A stretch of 64,000 nt of DNA from Octopus sinensis (Eukaryota). The position numbers and the translations under genes were made by a program. The notes beneath the pieces are model-generated. The model did not search any database. It saw nothing but the letters and a program-made list of their open reading frames with translations, and was not told the origin of the DNA. Below are positions 1-13,259 of the stretch, piece by piece (position 1 is the stretch's first letter; every line of letters begins with the position of its first letter). The stretch is taken from the NCBI RefSeq assembly GCF_006345805.1, contig NC_042997.1, positions 88,474,001 through 88,538,000 on the forward strand, written 5' to 3'.

Positions 1-226
1 TCCATAACCTGTTGAAAAACTGCAGGTGTAACCTTTAGACCAAATGGTAATCTGTTAAATTTATATAGTCCTTTAGGCGTATTCACTGTTAAGTATTTTG
101 AGCATTCCTCGTCTAATCTAATTTGCAGGTACGCGTTGAAGAGATCCAGTTTCGAAAATAACTTTATTTTAACTTCGCAAAAATATCCTCCGGAGTAGGT
201 AGGCGAGAGTGACTCGTTTTCAGACA

Positions 227-353
227 TTCAATCAATCATCATCATTATTGTTCGACCGTGGTCGAGACAATGGAATTTATCATGCTACGCCAGACTTCAC
301 GGTCCATCATGGCATTACGGAGGTCCTGTTGCTGGATCCAGTCGTTGCCGAAC
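227..353 (-). mobile_element. 3' end of an RTE-clade LINE, 5'-truncated
   Basis: The minus strand reads ..DWIQQQDLRNAMMDREVWRSMINSIVSTTVEQ*, an RTE-type AMxDRxxWR C-terminus, followed by a (GAT)n/(TTGA)n tail. Confidence 0.6.
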
Positions 354-2221
354 AAGTTTGTTGCATTTTTTAAAAAACACTTTTGCTTTACTGGTTTTAT
401 AACGAAATGTAATGTCGCTTACCATTTTGCCTAAGTGTTATCTTTCACTTGTAACGCCTCGTGCACTTTTCGATGTTTTCTTTAATGTAGGTTTACCAAT
501 TTTCTTCCACATAATTTAAAAACAATAGTGAAATTTAAAAAAAAAATTTTTCATAACCTCGCCCGCCCTCCCACCATAAATCCAAAAGTTTAGGCTTTTT
601 TCGAAATATTTTCTTAATCATAATTTTAATATATGGATAGTCCGAATCCACAATTTGCTTTAGTTTATAATTTGAACATAATTTTGAGACGAAAAGGTGT
701 GTGATTTAAGAGAGATTCAGCTGTTGTTTCTAGCACATCCCACAACCACTTGGTACCGTCCTCGTTTCCTTGAATTGATGTTTTCAAACATCCTTTTCCC
801 CGTAAACACGTTTCATGAAATGATATGTACTGATAGGATTTAAGCAACAACAAAAAATTATTTAAAACATTAGTCCCACCCCACATTAAACGAGTCCTCG
901 CTCGTGCGCGTGTGTACAAAAAAGCATTTATGAACAGAAAAGTATGTTATTAAAATTAATCTTTTGAATATCTTTTTTAAACCACTCCGTCGCCTTGATG
1001 AAATTCCTTACGCGCGCACACACACGCTGAAAAACGCACAGAGTAGGCGATAAGATTTTTATAAAGAACAACAGAGATTACAAATGTCAAATGAATGAAA
1101 TCGAATAAAATTTGAAGTGATGAAACGATAAGTAATAACCGCAAAAAGATGTTTCTCAATATCAGTGTGTGTATACGTCAAAATAAAATCGACGTTTCTT
1201 TTTTTTTTCTTCCTTAGAGAATGATAGAGCGCGAAAACTGTGTGTGTGTATGTATATATTATAGATAGCGTACGTGTGTTTGTGTTGATTCATACGCCAT
1301 GACATTCATTATATGTGTTTGTATTCTGTATGTGTGTATGTTAACGTCACGGAAGCCTTTTTTTTTTGTCAAGAAATAACAAACAAAAATTATGTTTAAT
1401 CGTTTTCATTAATAAATAGAAGTCTAAATATCACAAAACCTCATACTGTACTGCATAAAGTAAGTATGAAAATATATATGTAAAAAAAACAAAATTCAGA
1501 TAAAATGTACTATTTCTGAGATATTACGGGAACAAACAAACATATAGTATTATTAAGATAGGCGCAAGTATTTTTGTATTATTTAGATATATAAAACTGA
1601 GAATGTCTCTCTCGCTCTGAATCCCTAAAACTCGATAAGTACCCAAGCGATTTCACTCAAATTTTGCACATGCATTACTTAGAATCCATAGAGTGTCATG
1701 GGCCAAAAACATTTTCAACTTCTTGCTTAATGCGGGCCCAGGGGTAGATAAACCGCAACTTGAAAGCATTTTGGCAGCGTTAAGGCCGGTAATTTGAAGA
1801 GTATCTAGCCACTTACCTCCAAATTTACAACAAGCATTAATCAGGCTCCTCGAATAGCTGTTGACAAAAAAATTTCTGACGCCGACTATGGGCTCCCACC
1901 AAAATACAGATTAATCAGATTTCAGTATACTGCACTGGGTTTTATCTTTGTTTTTGCGACGACAAAAATATTGACACTACTAACACATTATAAGTAGTGT
2001 ATAATATTTCATGGAAACCTTTTTTGTCCAATTTAGCAGAGGAAATGAGAACATCAAAATTTTTGTCGACGCTCTGTTGATGCTTCATGTTACCATCCCA
2101 CGCACTACCGGGCCATATTTGTGTGTGTGTGTATGTGTATGTGTGTGTGCGCGGCTGGATAAAGGCACAACAAATCCATTCTCTAGAAGTGTTCCGTTGA
2201 TGTTTCACGTTTCCAATCCCG

Positions 2222-2870
2222 CACAATGCAGTGAGACCCTTAACACAGCCTACCATGGAAGGGGCTCCATCTGTACGAATACCCACACATGATTTCCATG
2301 AGAACTGCCATTTATCAAAGTACGTATTCAGAATGTTGAAAACATCCTCTCCTTTTGTAGTAACACTTAATTCTTTGCAAAAAAGAAACTGATTTACTAT
2401 TTGATCTTCATCGATAAAACGAATGAAGTTGGTGATGTCTGTTGACTCATCAGCTTGCAATGCAAAAGGCAAATACTTAAGTTTATTACTACATACATTT
2501 TTCTCGATATCAGATGACATTTCTAAAATATGCCAGTCAACTGTATCGTTGGACAGTGGAATCTTTGTTTATTTCTTTTGCTGTTTCATTCCCAAGAATT
2601 GTCGCGACTACCTTTTTGCACGCAGGCAAAATGAGTGGCTCGCCTATAGTATGAGCTTTCATATTTTGTGCTATCAGTTGTGAAACTTGGTAGGAGGCAA
2701 TTTGAGCTTTCTCAGAGACTGTGATTTTATTTATGGAAGAATTTGCCGCTTTAGTTTGCTGTTCAGACAATCTCTTAAAATAATTTGTAGATTTATCTTG
2801 TAAATGAGGATGTTTAGTTTTTAAATGTTTGCTCAGTTTACTATGAAGCAATAATTCATTTGACATTTTT
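2222..2870 (-). mobile_element. Degenerate hAT transposase fragment (Buster/Charlie, ZBED5/ZBED8-like)
   Basis: ORFs 2537-2866 and 1942-2520 give KLSKHLKTKHP..KAHTIGEPLILPAC..FALQADESTD..FLFCKEL..TTKGEDVF..WKSCVGIRTDGAPSMVG. There is a frameshift between the ORFs, and homology ends after KGLTAL. Confidence 0.85.
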
Positions 2871-4294
2871 TATTTCCACATACTAAACATAGCGGCAAAG
2901 GATGGTCTTCACTTCCAGTCCATGTGAAACCAAAGCTTAAATAATTTACATCGTACTTGCCAGTAAATCGCGGCTACACATATACATATATATGTGTACC
3001 CATGCAGTTGTAGTGAATCACGTTATTGGACAATATAGACAGTGTTTGCTTCGGAGCATTCACTTCTTGTCGGAAAGATAAAGGTATTAGTTTACAACTC
3101 TCAACATAGAAGTAACGAACGTCTAACAAAAAATATACATTTCAAAGATGTAATCTCCTGAAACTCCACATCCAGTATTACATAAGTGTATCTACACCTT
3201 TTCAAGAATCAAACACTTAAGAAAAACTATTTCAAAAGCGATATTATAGTTCATGTTTCACAACAAACTTCCAACAACGTTATAGTTTTTAAAATAACCG
3301 TGCAATTCCCCATTTATTTTAGCGTTAGTTTCAATAAATACATTTAGATGCAACCATTTTTTTTTACAAGTACGTGTACTTTTTTACTGTGCATATTATC
3401 AACAGGAAGGTTTATATAATTTGTGTGTGTGCGCGCATGTCTGTATCTCTCTTTGTCTCTTTATATGTGTGTGCGTGCGTGTGTGTCTGTGTATAAGAGA
3501 GATATACATGCGCGCGCGCACACACATACACACACACAAAACATTATTTCGCTTAGGCATAGTGATACTAATAATCAGTTGGTATACTCATGCTTTAATG
3601 TAAAGCATTAGGAGAATACAGATCGTAATATCCATTAGTGAATGACATAACCGGCTCCATTAGCTTTCGGCTGTTTCTCTTTAAAAAGCAGTGCTCTCAG
3701 AGCCATATGCTTGTGCAACATCCTGTACAGTTAGTTGATTTTATACCTGTTCTGTATACTATATTTTTGACAAGCATTTTCCTTCAAAGAACACCTAGTC
3801 GTGTCTCTACAATTGCATTTAGATTTTGCTTGTTTTTATAATATTTGGGGTTGGAATTTAAAATTTGTAAGTCTATGTTCCCCTTATAACTATAGCTGAC
3901 TTAACGAATTTAAGGCTCATAACTTTTATTGTTATTTAATTGCCAAGAAATAAATATATAAATAAATAAAATTGTGATATTCTCAATTGGCATATAAAAC
4001 ATCTATACAATCAGGCCTGTGTGTCAAAACGAAAAGATCCCGGTTTTAGTGTCGTCGCGAAAAGTAAACCACCGTTGGTTTGTTTTTGACCAGATGACAG
4101 AAAAGGTTAGATAGATCTGACAGTTTCTGGTCTTCTTAGACTTTCATCGGAGAAAGAATATCCCATCTTTTTGTCTACAGAGAGATTAGTAGTTTATATT
4201 TACTTCATACCTCATAGCTTTCCGTCGCATGCGCTGATGCAGACATGATCTCTGCCTCCCGCTTTATTTTCATTCGACGCAGCAGCTGTGGGCT

Positions 4295-4520
4295 GGAAGA
4301 AGCTTCGTGACAGGCTCCTCACCAGAAGGTTAGACGTCATTGTAGAAGATCTCCTGAGGCTCGACGTCACCTTGGAGGATGCAGAGGGGCTGTCACGAAA
4401 CCGCCAACGATGGGAGAGTACTGATGGACCAGGTTGGCCTTATGCATGATGATGCCTCTGGGACCACTAATCTGGGATGCCTCCAACCCCATCAAACAAG
4501 AGCGTGAAGCAAGCAAGCAT
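4295..4520 (+). mobile_element. RTE-type LINE 3' end with (AAGC)n tail
   Basis: Reads ..VEDLLRLDVTLEDAEGLSRNRQRW.. and ends gaagcaagcaagca. A second diverged copy is at 33040-33325. Confidence 0.6.
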
Positions 4521-5039
4521 CTATTTCATACTGTATACAAATTAGTACTCATCTAAACCGGTTAGTCAAATTTGCATAACAGTACATGCGCTGACAGGAT
4601 TTATAAAGTTAACGGGTATAACTTACATCTCAAATTAACAAAAAACACCGTGAATTTACTATGAATTTATTAATTATTCTACTTGTCTGCGCTTGAACTG
4701 CTGTGCAAATTTCACTGATCGGTTTTACTGAGTTCTATTTTTGCAGTAAATAGCAAATATAAAGCTACTATTTTCCATAAATGTTTAAAGATCGATTCCA
4801 CTTCTTCCCACGGTGTAATGAAATCTGTGGTGTAACCATTTTACTTGCCACAGCCATTTAGAATTGTTTCCTCATCCACGTTTTTTTTTTTATTTAATAT
4901 TATTTTTCCTGCAGCCGTTGACACAGATATTCAAACCAACCTGGGAGGTCTTACAAAGGTTATGAGTGATGCCAATCTCAGGATTACTTAGATTTAAAAT
5001 TAAAATTTGCATTGTTTTGCAGGCCTCAAGTGTAAACAA

Positions 5040-5100
5040 AGACGAGAGGGGCGTGGCTGGAATGCTCTTGATGTTAAGTCCGCTCGACGAGGGCCACAGT
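5040..5100. promoter_or_regulatory. CpG-retaining patch with a GC-box-like motif upstream of DUSP22
   Basis: ggggcgtggc (Sp/KLF-like) within a CpG-rich stretch of an otherwise CpG-depleted region, about 0.8 kb upstream of exon 1. Confidence 0.25.
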
Positions 5101-5806
5101 ATTACACTTAAGAGATCTAGGCTGTGATAAACTCTTTTAACTGGTCGATAAATATCATCCAGCTAATAAACTATGGTCAATGTGTAGATTGTAAACACTA
5201 TATACTTTGTTGCTATCGTTTCCATGGTTACTGATCACATTACGTTTATATTAACAGACACTTAAAGAAGGGGAGGAAATAAAGAGTGAGAGGAAAACTG
5301 ATAATAAATTAATAGTTTATTACCAAGATAAGCGAGAGAAAAACGGAGACAGCATTGTGAAAAGAGAAAGATATGTACAGAAAGAAGCGGAAAGAAAAAA
5401 AGAGTAAAGGAGTGAAGGGAAGGAAGGAAAGAAGTACACTATAGAAATAAAGTGTAGATTCATTGCCTGAGATGGAAAAGAAAAAAGAAAACAATATAAA
5501 AGGAAATAAAAAGGAGAGAGCATAGAGGAAAGAAAGAAGACTGAAATAGAGAAAAGAAAGATAAAGCAAGTGAAAACGAAGGAAGTGGGAGAAGAGATGG
5601 AAGAAAGGAGACCGTTACATAATTTGCCAAAGAAAAGTTTAAAGCGAGAATACTGAAAGTTGAAGGGTGGGGGTAGGAGTTGCCAGAGTAGGGATAGTAG
5701 AGATGGATAGTGAGAGGGAAAAGGAAAAGTTGGAAGAGGAGAGTATGAGGTAAATATAACAAATTAAACGAAAGGGGGAGAGATGAGTAGGAGAGAATAG
5801 GCTGAG

Positions 5807-5814
5807 TATAAAAG
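5807..5814 (+). promoter_or_regulatory. Candidate TATA box for DUSP22
   Basis: TATAAAAG lies 31 nt upstream of the ATG at 5838 and 85 nt upstream of the ATG at 5892. Confidence 0.3.
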
Positions 5815-5891
5815 CGAGAGGAAGAGCTCGTTCGAACATGGCGTGTTTTGAACGTGTCTTGTCTTTAGCGGGAGTCAAAAGCAGAAGATTC

Positions 5892-5912
5892 ATGGGGTCT
5901 GGAATGAGCAAG
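5892..5912 (+). CDS. DUSP22: DUSP22/DUSP15-like phosphatase, coding exon 1 (MGSGMSK)
   Basis: Matches the family N-terminus MGNGMNK and is followed by the donor GTAAGC at 5913 (phase 0). An in-frame upstream ATG lies at 5838. Confidence 0.85.
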
Positions 5913-8900
5913 GTAAGCAATAAATCCACTGTTTATTTGCTGTTTATAAAGCACAGCCTACTTACAGTTTAGAGTAGTAACATTTATTCCTTTACAACTG
6001 TAATTCTTTTTAAATATGATTTCAAAAGCATTTGATTTTTAGAAAATGAAACTTAGAGAATAATTTACTTTAGAAGATAAACAAATATTATCAAGAAATA
6101 ATGTCATTAAATGATAAACAATAAATGTGAATATTTACCCCTCCGTCAAATGAATCGTACTTTCTTTTTATCCGATTTTCACTATTATAACTTCCAGACA
6201 ACTGATTTTAATTACTTCTTGGTTATCTCTTTAAACATCTTTTCTCTCGCCCTTAAAATATTTCTCCGTAGAATTTGGTTTCTCTTCAAAATAATTAAAA
6301 TAACTATCTTTTCGTAACTTTGATTATCAATATGAATCGTTCCTACCCTGATATAAGTATTTTCGAGAGTAATTGAGTCGATGTCTTAGTTGACTAGTGA
6401 TGACAACTACGACTACATCATGGCTAGCAGATGATGACGATAATAATTATAATAATATTGTCTTTTATTATTGCCATAAGGGCGACGATGAAGTGACATT
6501 ACAAGGTAATGTCACAAAAAAGTGTAGGAGGGGCTTACACTGAATTATATGAATGAAAAAGGTAGGGAAAATGATGTATATACAAATCTATAATTCTATT
6601 AATAATGTTTATAATTTAGCCACGCGCAAACAATTTTGAGGGAGCCCTTGAGCGATTACATTAACCCTAGTATTGATTTCTAATATATAATAATAATGAC
6701 TTTTGACAATAACAATAAATGAATTACAGTGGATCTGGTGTCTTGTGACATTCGTATGACTCTCAGTGTTTCAGTACCCGCCACTGGAATATTGCTGTAA
6801 ACATGTATCAATAAAACCTATTACCGCTCCTATACTAACCGTGCTACCCGCCAGTTATCGATCGACTGCTACAGTTACTCATTCTGTTTACTGATAACCG
6901 ATACACATTGCAAATGTATGGTCTCTTTATATATTTTCACTGGTTCTTTGTCACATTTTAAAATTATTGAAAATTGCAAACCAGTTTTATAGAAATTACG
7001 AACCTGAAGAATGTAAACATAAAACTCGTAACATTTAACAAATCCAATAATATTCGAAATTGTTTAACGCTTCAAAAGAAACCTTGTGTTAAACACTGCT
7101 TATGAGCTATTGTTGCCTATAGTGACATTTTTATGTTTGTCTCTGTCTGACTGACTGTCCGCCTATCCGTCCCTCCAACCATCCATTCATTACATTGATC
7201 GTTTAAGCTTCATTTAACAATGAGTAAAAAAGTTTAAAGTCATCCTTAGCAAACAACATTTATCCTTTGCGAATGTTGCCTACTCCACCACGGAGTAGTT
7301 AAAATAGTTTTGAACATAATAATCCACACAGTTACTGGTGAATTTAATTTGAGATGATGCTGAGTAATACTAAATTTATAGCAGATCCCGTTTTTTCTTG
7401 TAAATCTCTAATCTTTGCTGTATGTTTGACTTGGACAGATCATAATGAGCTCAGCATTTCATAATGAGTTCTATGACTCCCAAGAAGTTTGCATTATGGA
7501 TGTAATTCCATAATTGCCAATTCATGGAAAGCATGTCCTCTTTACCTAAAAACAATTTCGGTTAACCTCCAGTTTCTGACCCTGGCAAAAAAATGAGAAA
7601 AAAAATAGTGTTGGTTAACTGGAGGTTAACCAAAATTTCCACATTAATTATTCTCCATATATACATTTTGTAATTTTTCAGTCTCTCATGATTCTTTTGT
7701 GAGACCTCACACTAATCCCTGTATCGTTCTCTGACCTCTTCCCCAACTCTCACTAATGCTAGACAATAGATTCTGTATACTGTACTGTTTTCATGTTCAG
7801 ACAATCTGTCAAACGTCTTACTCTGTTTAGTGTTCTCTATATCATCCTTGTTTAGATACCATGACTGACTGTAAGAGAAAATCTTACAAGGCAAGCAACC
7901 TCTAAGACAAAATACTAACCATTGTTTGCTCTCCTTTGCACCATTTGATTTTATCATTTGGAGAACAGGCACCAGAAAGTTTTGTCTGGTTAAACCATTA
8001 CATTTAGCACAGTGAACAATTAATAGCACGAGTATGCCTTGACTGGGTCCTAGCCAGCCCTATATCAGATGAATGGTGTCAACTGTTCTTGTCTTAGGAG
8101 TAGTTGCAATATACCACTACCCAATTATGCAAACACAAATATCATCACTTTTTTGTCCATTTTGAATACTGGCATGGACTGGAAGGGACATTTTGAGGCA
8201 GTATTTTGCTGCAGGGTACCCTCTTGATTGATACTGATCCTTTTGGTTGCAACTTACGACATGTAAGGACATGATATACCTTTTTTAAAACCTGAGATAT
8301 ATATGTTACATGAAATTATATATTGTGAAAAAACTTATTTTTGGAGACAGATGTAAAGATCCATTTTGGATAGGGATGGAGAGCATATATTTCTGTTGTG
8401 TATATAGGGACTAATATTATTTGAGATACCTCAAATGTAGGTGACAGAGATTGAGACTAATTTAAAGTTACCCAATATATTAATTTTCTTATGGGGCCTT
8501 AGATGTGCACAGGCTCTAGGGCTCTTGCCACTTTTCTCCTTGGGAAGAAATAGAAAATATTATGAGATTCAGGCAGTTACATTACCATCTTGTTGGTTAA
8601 TTTACTTAAAGTCATAAATCTTCAAAGAACTGTTATTTCTAGCTATCACACTGTCATTCCCCAATTCTTCAACATCCTCTTCTATTTTCGTAAGAGGTAG
8701 TCTACAGTGTATGAGATAGACAACACTGAAAGCTGATTGGTCTGTCAGTTTTCTTCATTGTCTCTGGTAAGGTCACCAGCTTCAGCATCTGACTGGTTAC
8801 TCATCACCTCCAGAACTGTATCTTTTACTAAGCTCTTCCAACATGATAAGGCTCTGCAAATCTATTTTTATGATTGAAAACAGCAGCCAGTGGTATATTT

Positions 8901-9503
8901 GGTCTTTTCAAAACATATTCAGTCAGAATTAATCTTTTCAAATGTAAAATACTATAGGATGTAAATGAGAAAGTCTGTCATCCTACAGTTAGCCTTTATT
9001 ATTTTTTCTGAGAAATAAACTTCAAGTGCATATCATAAAAGAGAGTGATAGACATGAACAGTAATTATTATCAGCTGGTCTGGCTGTGCAAATTATCTCA
9101 AGCAAAATGTTAATTAAATGATAAGGATCACTTATGCAACATGTAACCTGGTACAAGCTTATAACTTCTTAACATTTTTGATACCAACTTACCCAACATC
9201 ACCAACCATAAAATGCTTTTGTTAAGTTATTATTTAAAACCGCTTAATAATGATATTTAATTAGTTTATTAAATTCATCAATTATTTCTTATTTTCAATA
9301 TTAATTGAAATGCACAACGTAGAGTATTTTATTGGAAATATGAATATAAAAATGTTATTGATAACAACATGGACAAAGAAACTGTTCAATTGAGGTACAT
9401 TTCAAATATCATTTCATTAAATGTATTATAGGAGTGAAGAAGTATATCTGTATATTATTTGCTTCTATTAATTTTATTGTTCTTTTGGAATGTTTCTTTT
9501 CAG

Positions 9504-9620
9504 ATTCTTGATGGAGTTTACATTGGAAACTTCTATGATTCTAAAGAAGAAAAAGCACAAAAAGAAAATAGTGTTACTCATATTTTAGCTGTTCATGACA
9601 ATGCCAAACCATTGCTTTCT
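9504..9620 (+). CDS. DUSP22: DUSP22-like coding exon 2 (ILDGVYIGNFYDSKEEKAQKENSVTHILAVHDNAKPLLS)
   Basis: Acceptor tttcttttcag, donor gtgagt, 117 nt, phase 0-0. Contains the DSP motifs YIGN and VTHIL. Confidence 0.92.
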
Positions 9621-9878
9621 GTGAGTTGATAATTTTATGTAATTTTCTTTAACATTAACTACACAATCCCATATGTGGAATATGGTACATCTGATTCTCT
9701 TAAAACTTCTTCAGCTGTTGTATTAAAAATCCATGCTTTACTGAGGAGTTATAAGTTTGAACTATGACTGGAGTTGTCTCCCATACTTGCTGAATTCGCC
9801 TAAATAATATAAGAACGACACCTTCAACTTATAGTGCAGTGTTTTAGTTTAACTCTGAGTTAAATATGATCATCTTCA

Positions 9879-10094
9879 TTAAGGTGGTGAGCCAGCAGAA
9901 TCGTTAGTATGCTGGGCAAAATGTTTAAAGGCATTTCATCTGTCTTCTCGTTCTGAGTTCAAATTCTACTAAGGTCAACTTTGCCGTTCATCCTTTTGGC
10001 GTCAATAAAATAAGTACCAGTTGAGCACTGGAGTTAATATAATCAACTTAGCCCTTTACCCAAACTTGCTGGACTTGTGCCAAAATTTGAAATC
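9879..10094 (+). mobile_element. tRNA-derived SINE, family A (tail type 1), in DUSP22 intron 2
   Basis: B-box-like gagttcaaattc. 16-bp TSD aatatgatcatcttca at 9863-9878 and 10095-10110. Confidence 0.85.
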
Positions 10095-10604
10095 AATATG
10101 ATCATCTTCACTAACTTTTCAGTGGTATAGACAATTGCTTGCCCAGGCCTGCACATACATACACAGATACATGGTCAATACTGACCAATGGAAACCCTAC
10201 ATATAAACCTTATGACAATAATTCTCAGTCTTTTTTTGATTTTGTGACATAGTATTGATTGAACAAAAACATTCCTGGTGCACTTTACAAGGTAGGTTTA
10301 TAAAGGCTGTTTTAAAATTAAAAATTAAGTAAAAAAAAAAAAAGAACAAATGGAAGAAAATTATTGCTTTGCATATTTTATGTTTTACAAAATTGTGAAT
10401 AACTCCTTTTCATGACACTCAAACATTAGCATGGATTTTCTGTGACCTTATATTTTACTTGCAAGAATTTGTGGTGCACCTAGATATACCTTGCAACATC
10501 CAATGTGCCTCAGCAAACTGTTTATGAATCACTGCCTTGTGATAAATACTAACATCAGATTATCATCTTATAACTCATCATTGACTTAGTTAAAGTAGTT
10601 AGTA

Positions 10605-10938
10605 TGATTATATTATCATCATTGTAGACAGTTTTCAGAGCAAAAATTAGAAACACTTCTGTAGATATACAGACCTTTATATCAAAAAACTTTATATCTA
10701 AACCTGGACATATGTGCCAAAGGCAACATGGCAAAGTCGAATGTGTAAATTAATAACAAATTAACACTTCTGTTAACAATCAAGTCATAGCAGACACAGT
10801 AAATTGAGTGACAGGCTATTTAATGACAGTTTTAATTCATCCTCAAAGTTATAAAAGGAACATCGTGTATCAATAGAAAAATACAGGATTTTAGATGTAC
10901 TTTATGTACGGGAGTCGTTAATAGTGAGAGCACTTTTG
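10605..10938 (+). repeat. Interspersed repeat, copy 1 (copy 2 at 12908-13259)
   Basis: Shares an exact 27-mer tgattatattatcatcattgtagacag and collinear downstream blocks with 12908-13259. Confidence 0.8.
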
Positions 10939-11315
10939 TTTTTCCATAATTAGTGGTATATTGTATAATCTATAAGTATCTTGTCTTGCAATGCTGATCC
11001 TGAAGAAGCTAGTCTAGTGCACACTTCTTAATATCACTAAGTCTTCTGTGGCATCTCAGATTTCCAAGTTATGATTTTTTTTGGCTACTGATGCACTTTG
11101 AAGTGTTAAGAAAAGTGAAACATCAACTACTTGCAAGGCTTTAACTAGTTTCATTACTCTTTTAAAATTTAACAACTAATTCTTAGTTGTTAAATAAAAA
11201 GGGCATTTTTTACTTAAGATATTTTATATTTAAGGTCTTAAGATCTTTTCTTTCTTTTAAAACATATATTTTTTTCCCCAGTTTGAAGCTTTGCTTTATT
11301 TACTTTTTTGTTCAG

Positions 11316-11440
11316 GATAAAGTTTACCTGTGTATCTTTGCCAGTGACAATCCCCAACAGTGTTTGAGCCAATATTTTGAAGAGAGTATAGACTTCATTC
11401 ACAAAGCTAGACAAGAAGGAGGTGGTGTACTTATTCATTG
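11316..11440 (+). CDS. DUSP22: DUSP22-like coding exon 3 (DKVYLCIFASDNPQQCLSQYFEESIDFIHKARQEGGGVLIH..)
   Basis: Acceptor ttttttgttcag, donor gtgaga, 125 nt. The general-acid Asp (ASDNP) is present and the catalytic Cys codon is split tg|t. Confidence 0.92.
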
Positions 11441-11929
11441 GTGAGAGTTTATTTTAATTATTAATTGACATTTTGCACACAATGAAAAAAATTTGCTTTC
11501 TCACTTGTAAAAGACCTTGTTACAGAATGTATGACATTTACAACTATTTTGTAGTTGCTGTTACAATTCTATATATTTGCTTCTTTACTCTAATAAGATT
11601 TATGTCCCTTGAAGCTGAGACATACTGACCAACTACCTCTGTTCCTCTGAACAAGCAAATTGTATGCCACCTCTTCAGCCCATCCAGCACACTCATTTCT
11701 CATTCTTTTGTCACCTTCATAATATCTTACTTCATCAGTCCTTGTTCTAAACACTTTGCCAAATAATTCATCATCAGAGTTGTATCTTTTGGAATTTTAT
11801 CCTTTTCTTATTTTCATTTTTTGTTTTATTTTTTGTTATTTTGTTGTTGTTTTTTAATTTTGTCTTGAAGTTTCATTTTGATGTAGTTTAGCCAGATATG
11901 TCTACTTGATTGGTCAATCTCAATTCCAG

Positions 11930-12101
11930 TTTGTCAGGAGTATCACGAAGTGTAACACTCACAGTAGCCTATATAATGACGATAACAAGCCTGAACTGGA
12001 GGGATTCTATGAATGCTATAAGAGGGGCACGGAACTGTGCTAACCCAAACTATGGTTTCCAAAGGCAACTGAGAGAATATGAAGAGAATGGGTTGGAAGC
12101 T
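11930..12101 (+). CDS. DUSP22: DUSP22-like coding exon 4 (catalytic loop CLSGVSRS..NPNYGFQRQL)
   Basis: Acceptor ttccag, donor gtaagt, 172 nt. Completes HCLSGVSRS (HCxxGxxRS) and the AYIM and NPNxGFxxQL motifs. Confidence 0.93.
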
Positions 12102-12907
12102 GTAAGTAAATTTATTTTATGGTGAAAGGGAAGTATCTCCCTGATTTATCATCTCACCATCATCGTCATGATCAGAAGCCATCAAAGAAGCCACTACATG
12201 GTCATTTGGTCTACTTGAAATAGCAGCCAAATCTCTCTAAAATCACATCCTACCATCTTAAAAAAACAAAGATACATTAAATAATGATGTCTTAGATACA
12301 CTATGCCTGAGAAAAAAATAGACTAGATGGTAATTGGGAGAATACTTTTGACCAAGATCAATTAAGGCTGACTTGAGGCTAAACAACAACCATTGTCACC
12401 ACCACACTCCAACAGCTTTTTCTCTCATATACCATCACCTTTTTTTTTCTGCATGAAGTCTGTTTCTTCTTCCAGTGATTTCCCAAAATATTGTGTCTAT
12501 GTGAAACTAAAAGTATATTTGATGTTTTTGTTGAATGTGGTAAATTGAACATTTTTAGTGACAGGACCCTGTTTTCCATTAGCAGTTGTAGGTTGCAAAG
12601 AACACTCTAGCAGCCCTCCTGAGCTGTGAAGTATTGCCATAAGTGGTGGTCAGTAATGTAAGCTAGCAATAACCATTGTCATCAGAAAAAAGTAATTTAA
12701 TTTAGGGAGAAGTAGTCATTAGTGATATGTAGATGCCTAAATAAAACCTGAAAGTGAATTTTTTAGGTACCACTTTTTATTTGTTTTACATTGGCTTCCC
12801 ATAGCAGTACTACAGCATTAAAAATTGTAGACATGTTTACAATTCAATCCTAGTTTATATTTTATTTTAAAAAGTAACAAAGAAAAAAAAAATTAAAATC
12901 TAAAGTT

Positions 12908-13259
12908 TGATTATATTATCATCATTGTAGACAGCTTTCAGGGCAAAAACTATAAAAACGTCCATAGACATACAGACTTTTATTTGGAATATAAAAAAAA
13001 ACTGCAAAAGAAGTTCTAAACTTGAATATATGGGCCAAAGACAATTTGGCAAAAGTCCAATATGTAGATTAATATCAAAAACTCAAAAATCCCACTGAAC
13101 TTCCTTGAGATATAGGAACAGAGTAGCAGCTGACTATTGCATACTCAATATAAAGAATAGGTTCAAAAAGATGCAGTCGAATATCTATTAGATCAATAGA
13201 AAAATACAGGACTTTAGACATGCTTTGTATACAGTAGTTCATAGTGTGAGCTCTTTTGT
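12908..13259 (+). repeat. Interspersed repeat, copy 2, in DUSP22 intron 4
   Basis: Direct-orientation homolog of 10605-10938. Confidence 0.8.

Noticed and set aside
5270-5830. F/L/S-rich minus-strand ORFs that look like membrane proteins (also 17671-18132, 40165-40491, 52766-53143, and plus-strand 43334-44004)
   Set aside because: They arise from purine/pyrimidine strand-biased low-complexity tracts and show no domain or splice logic.
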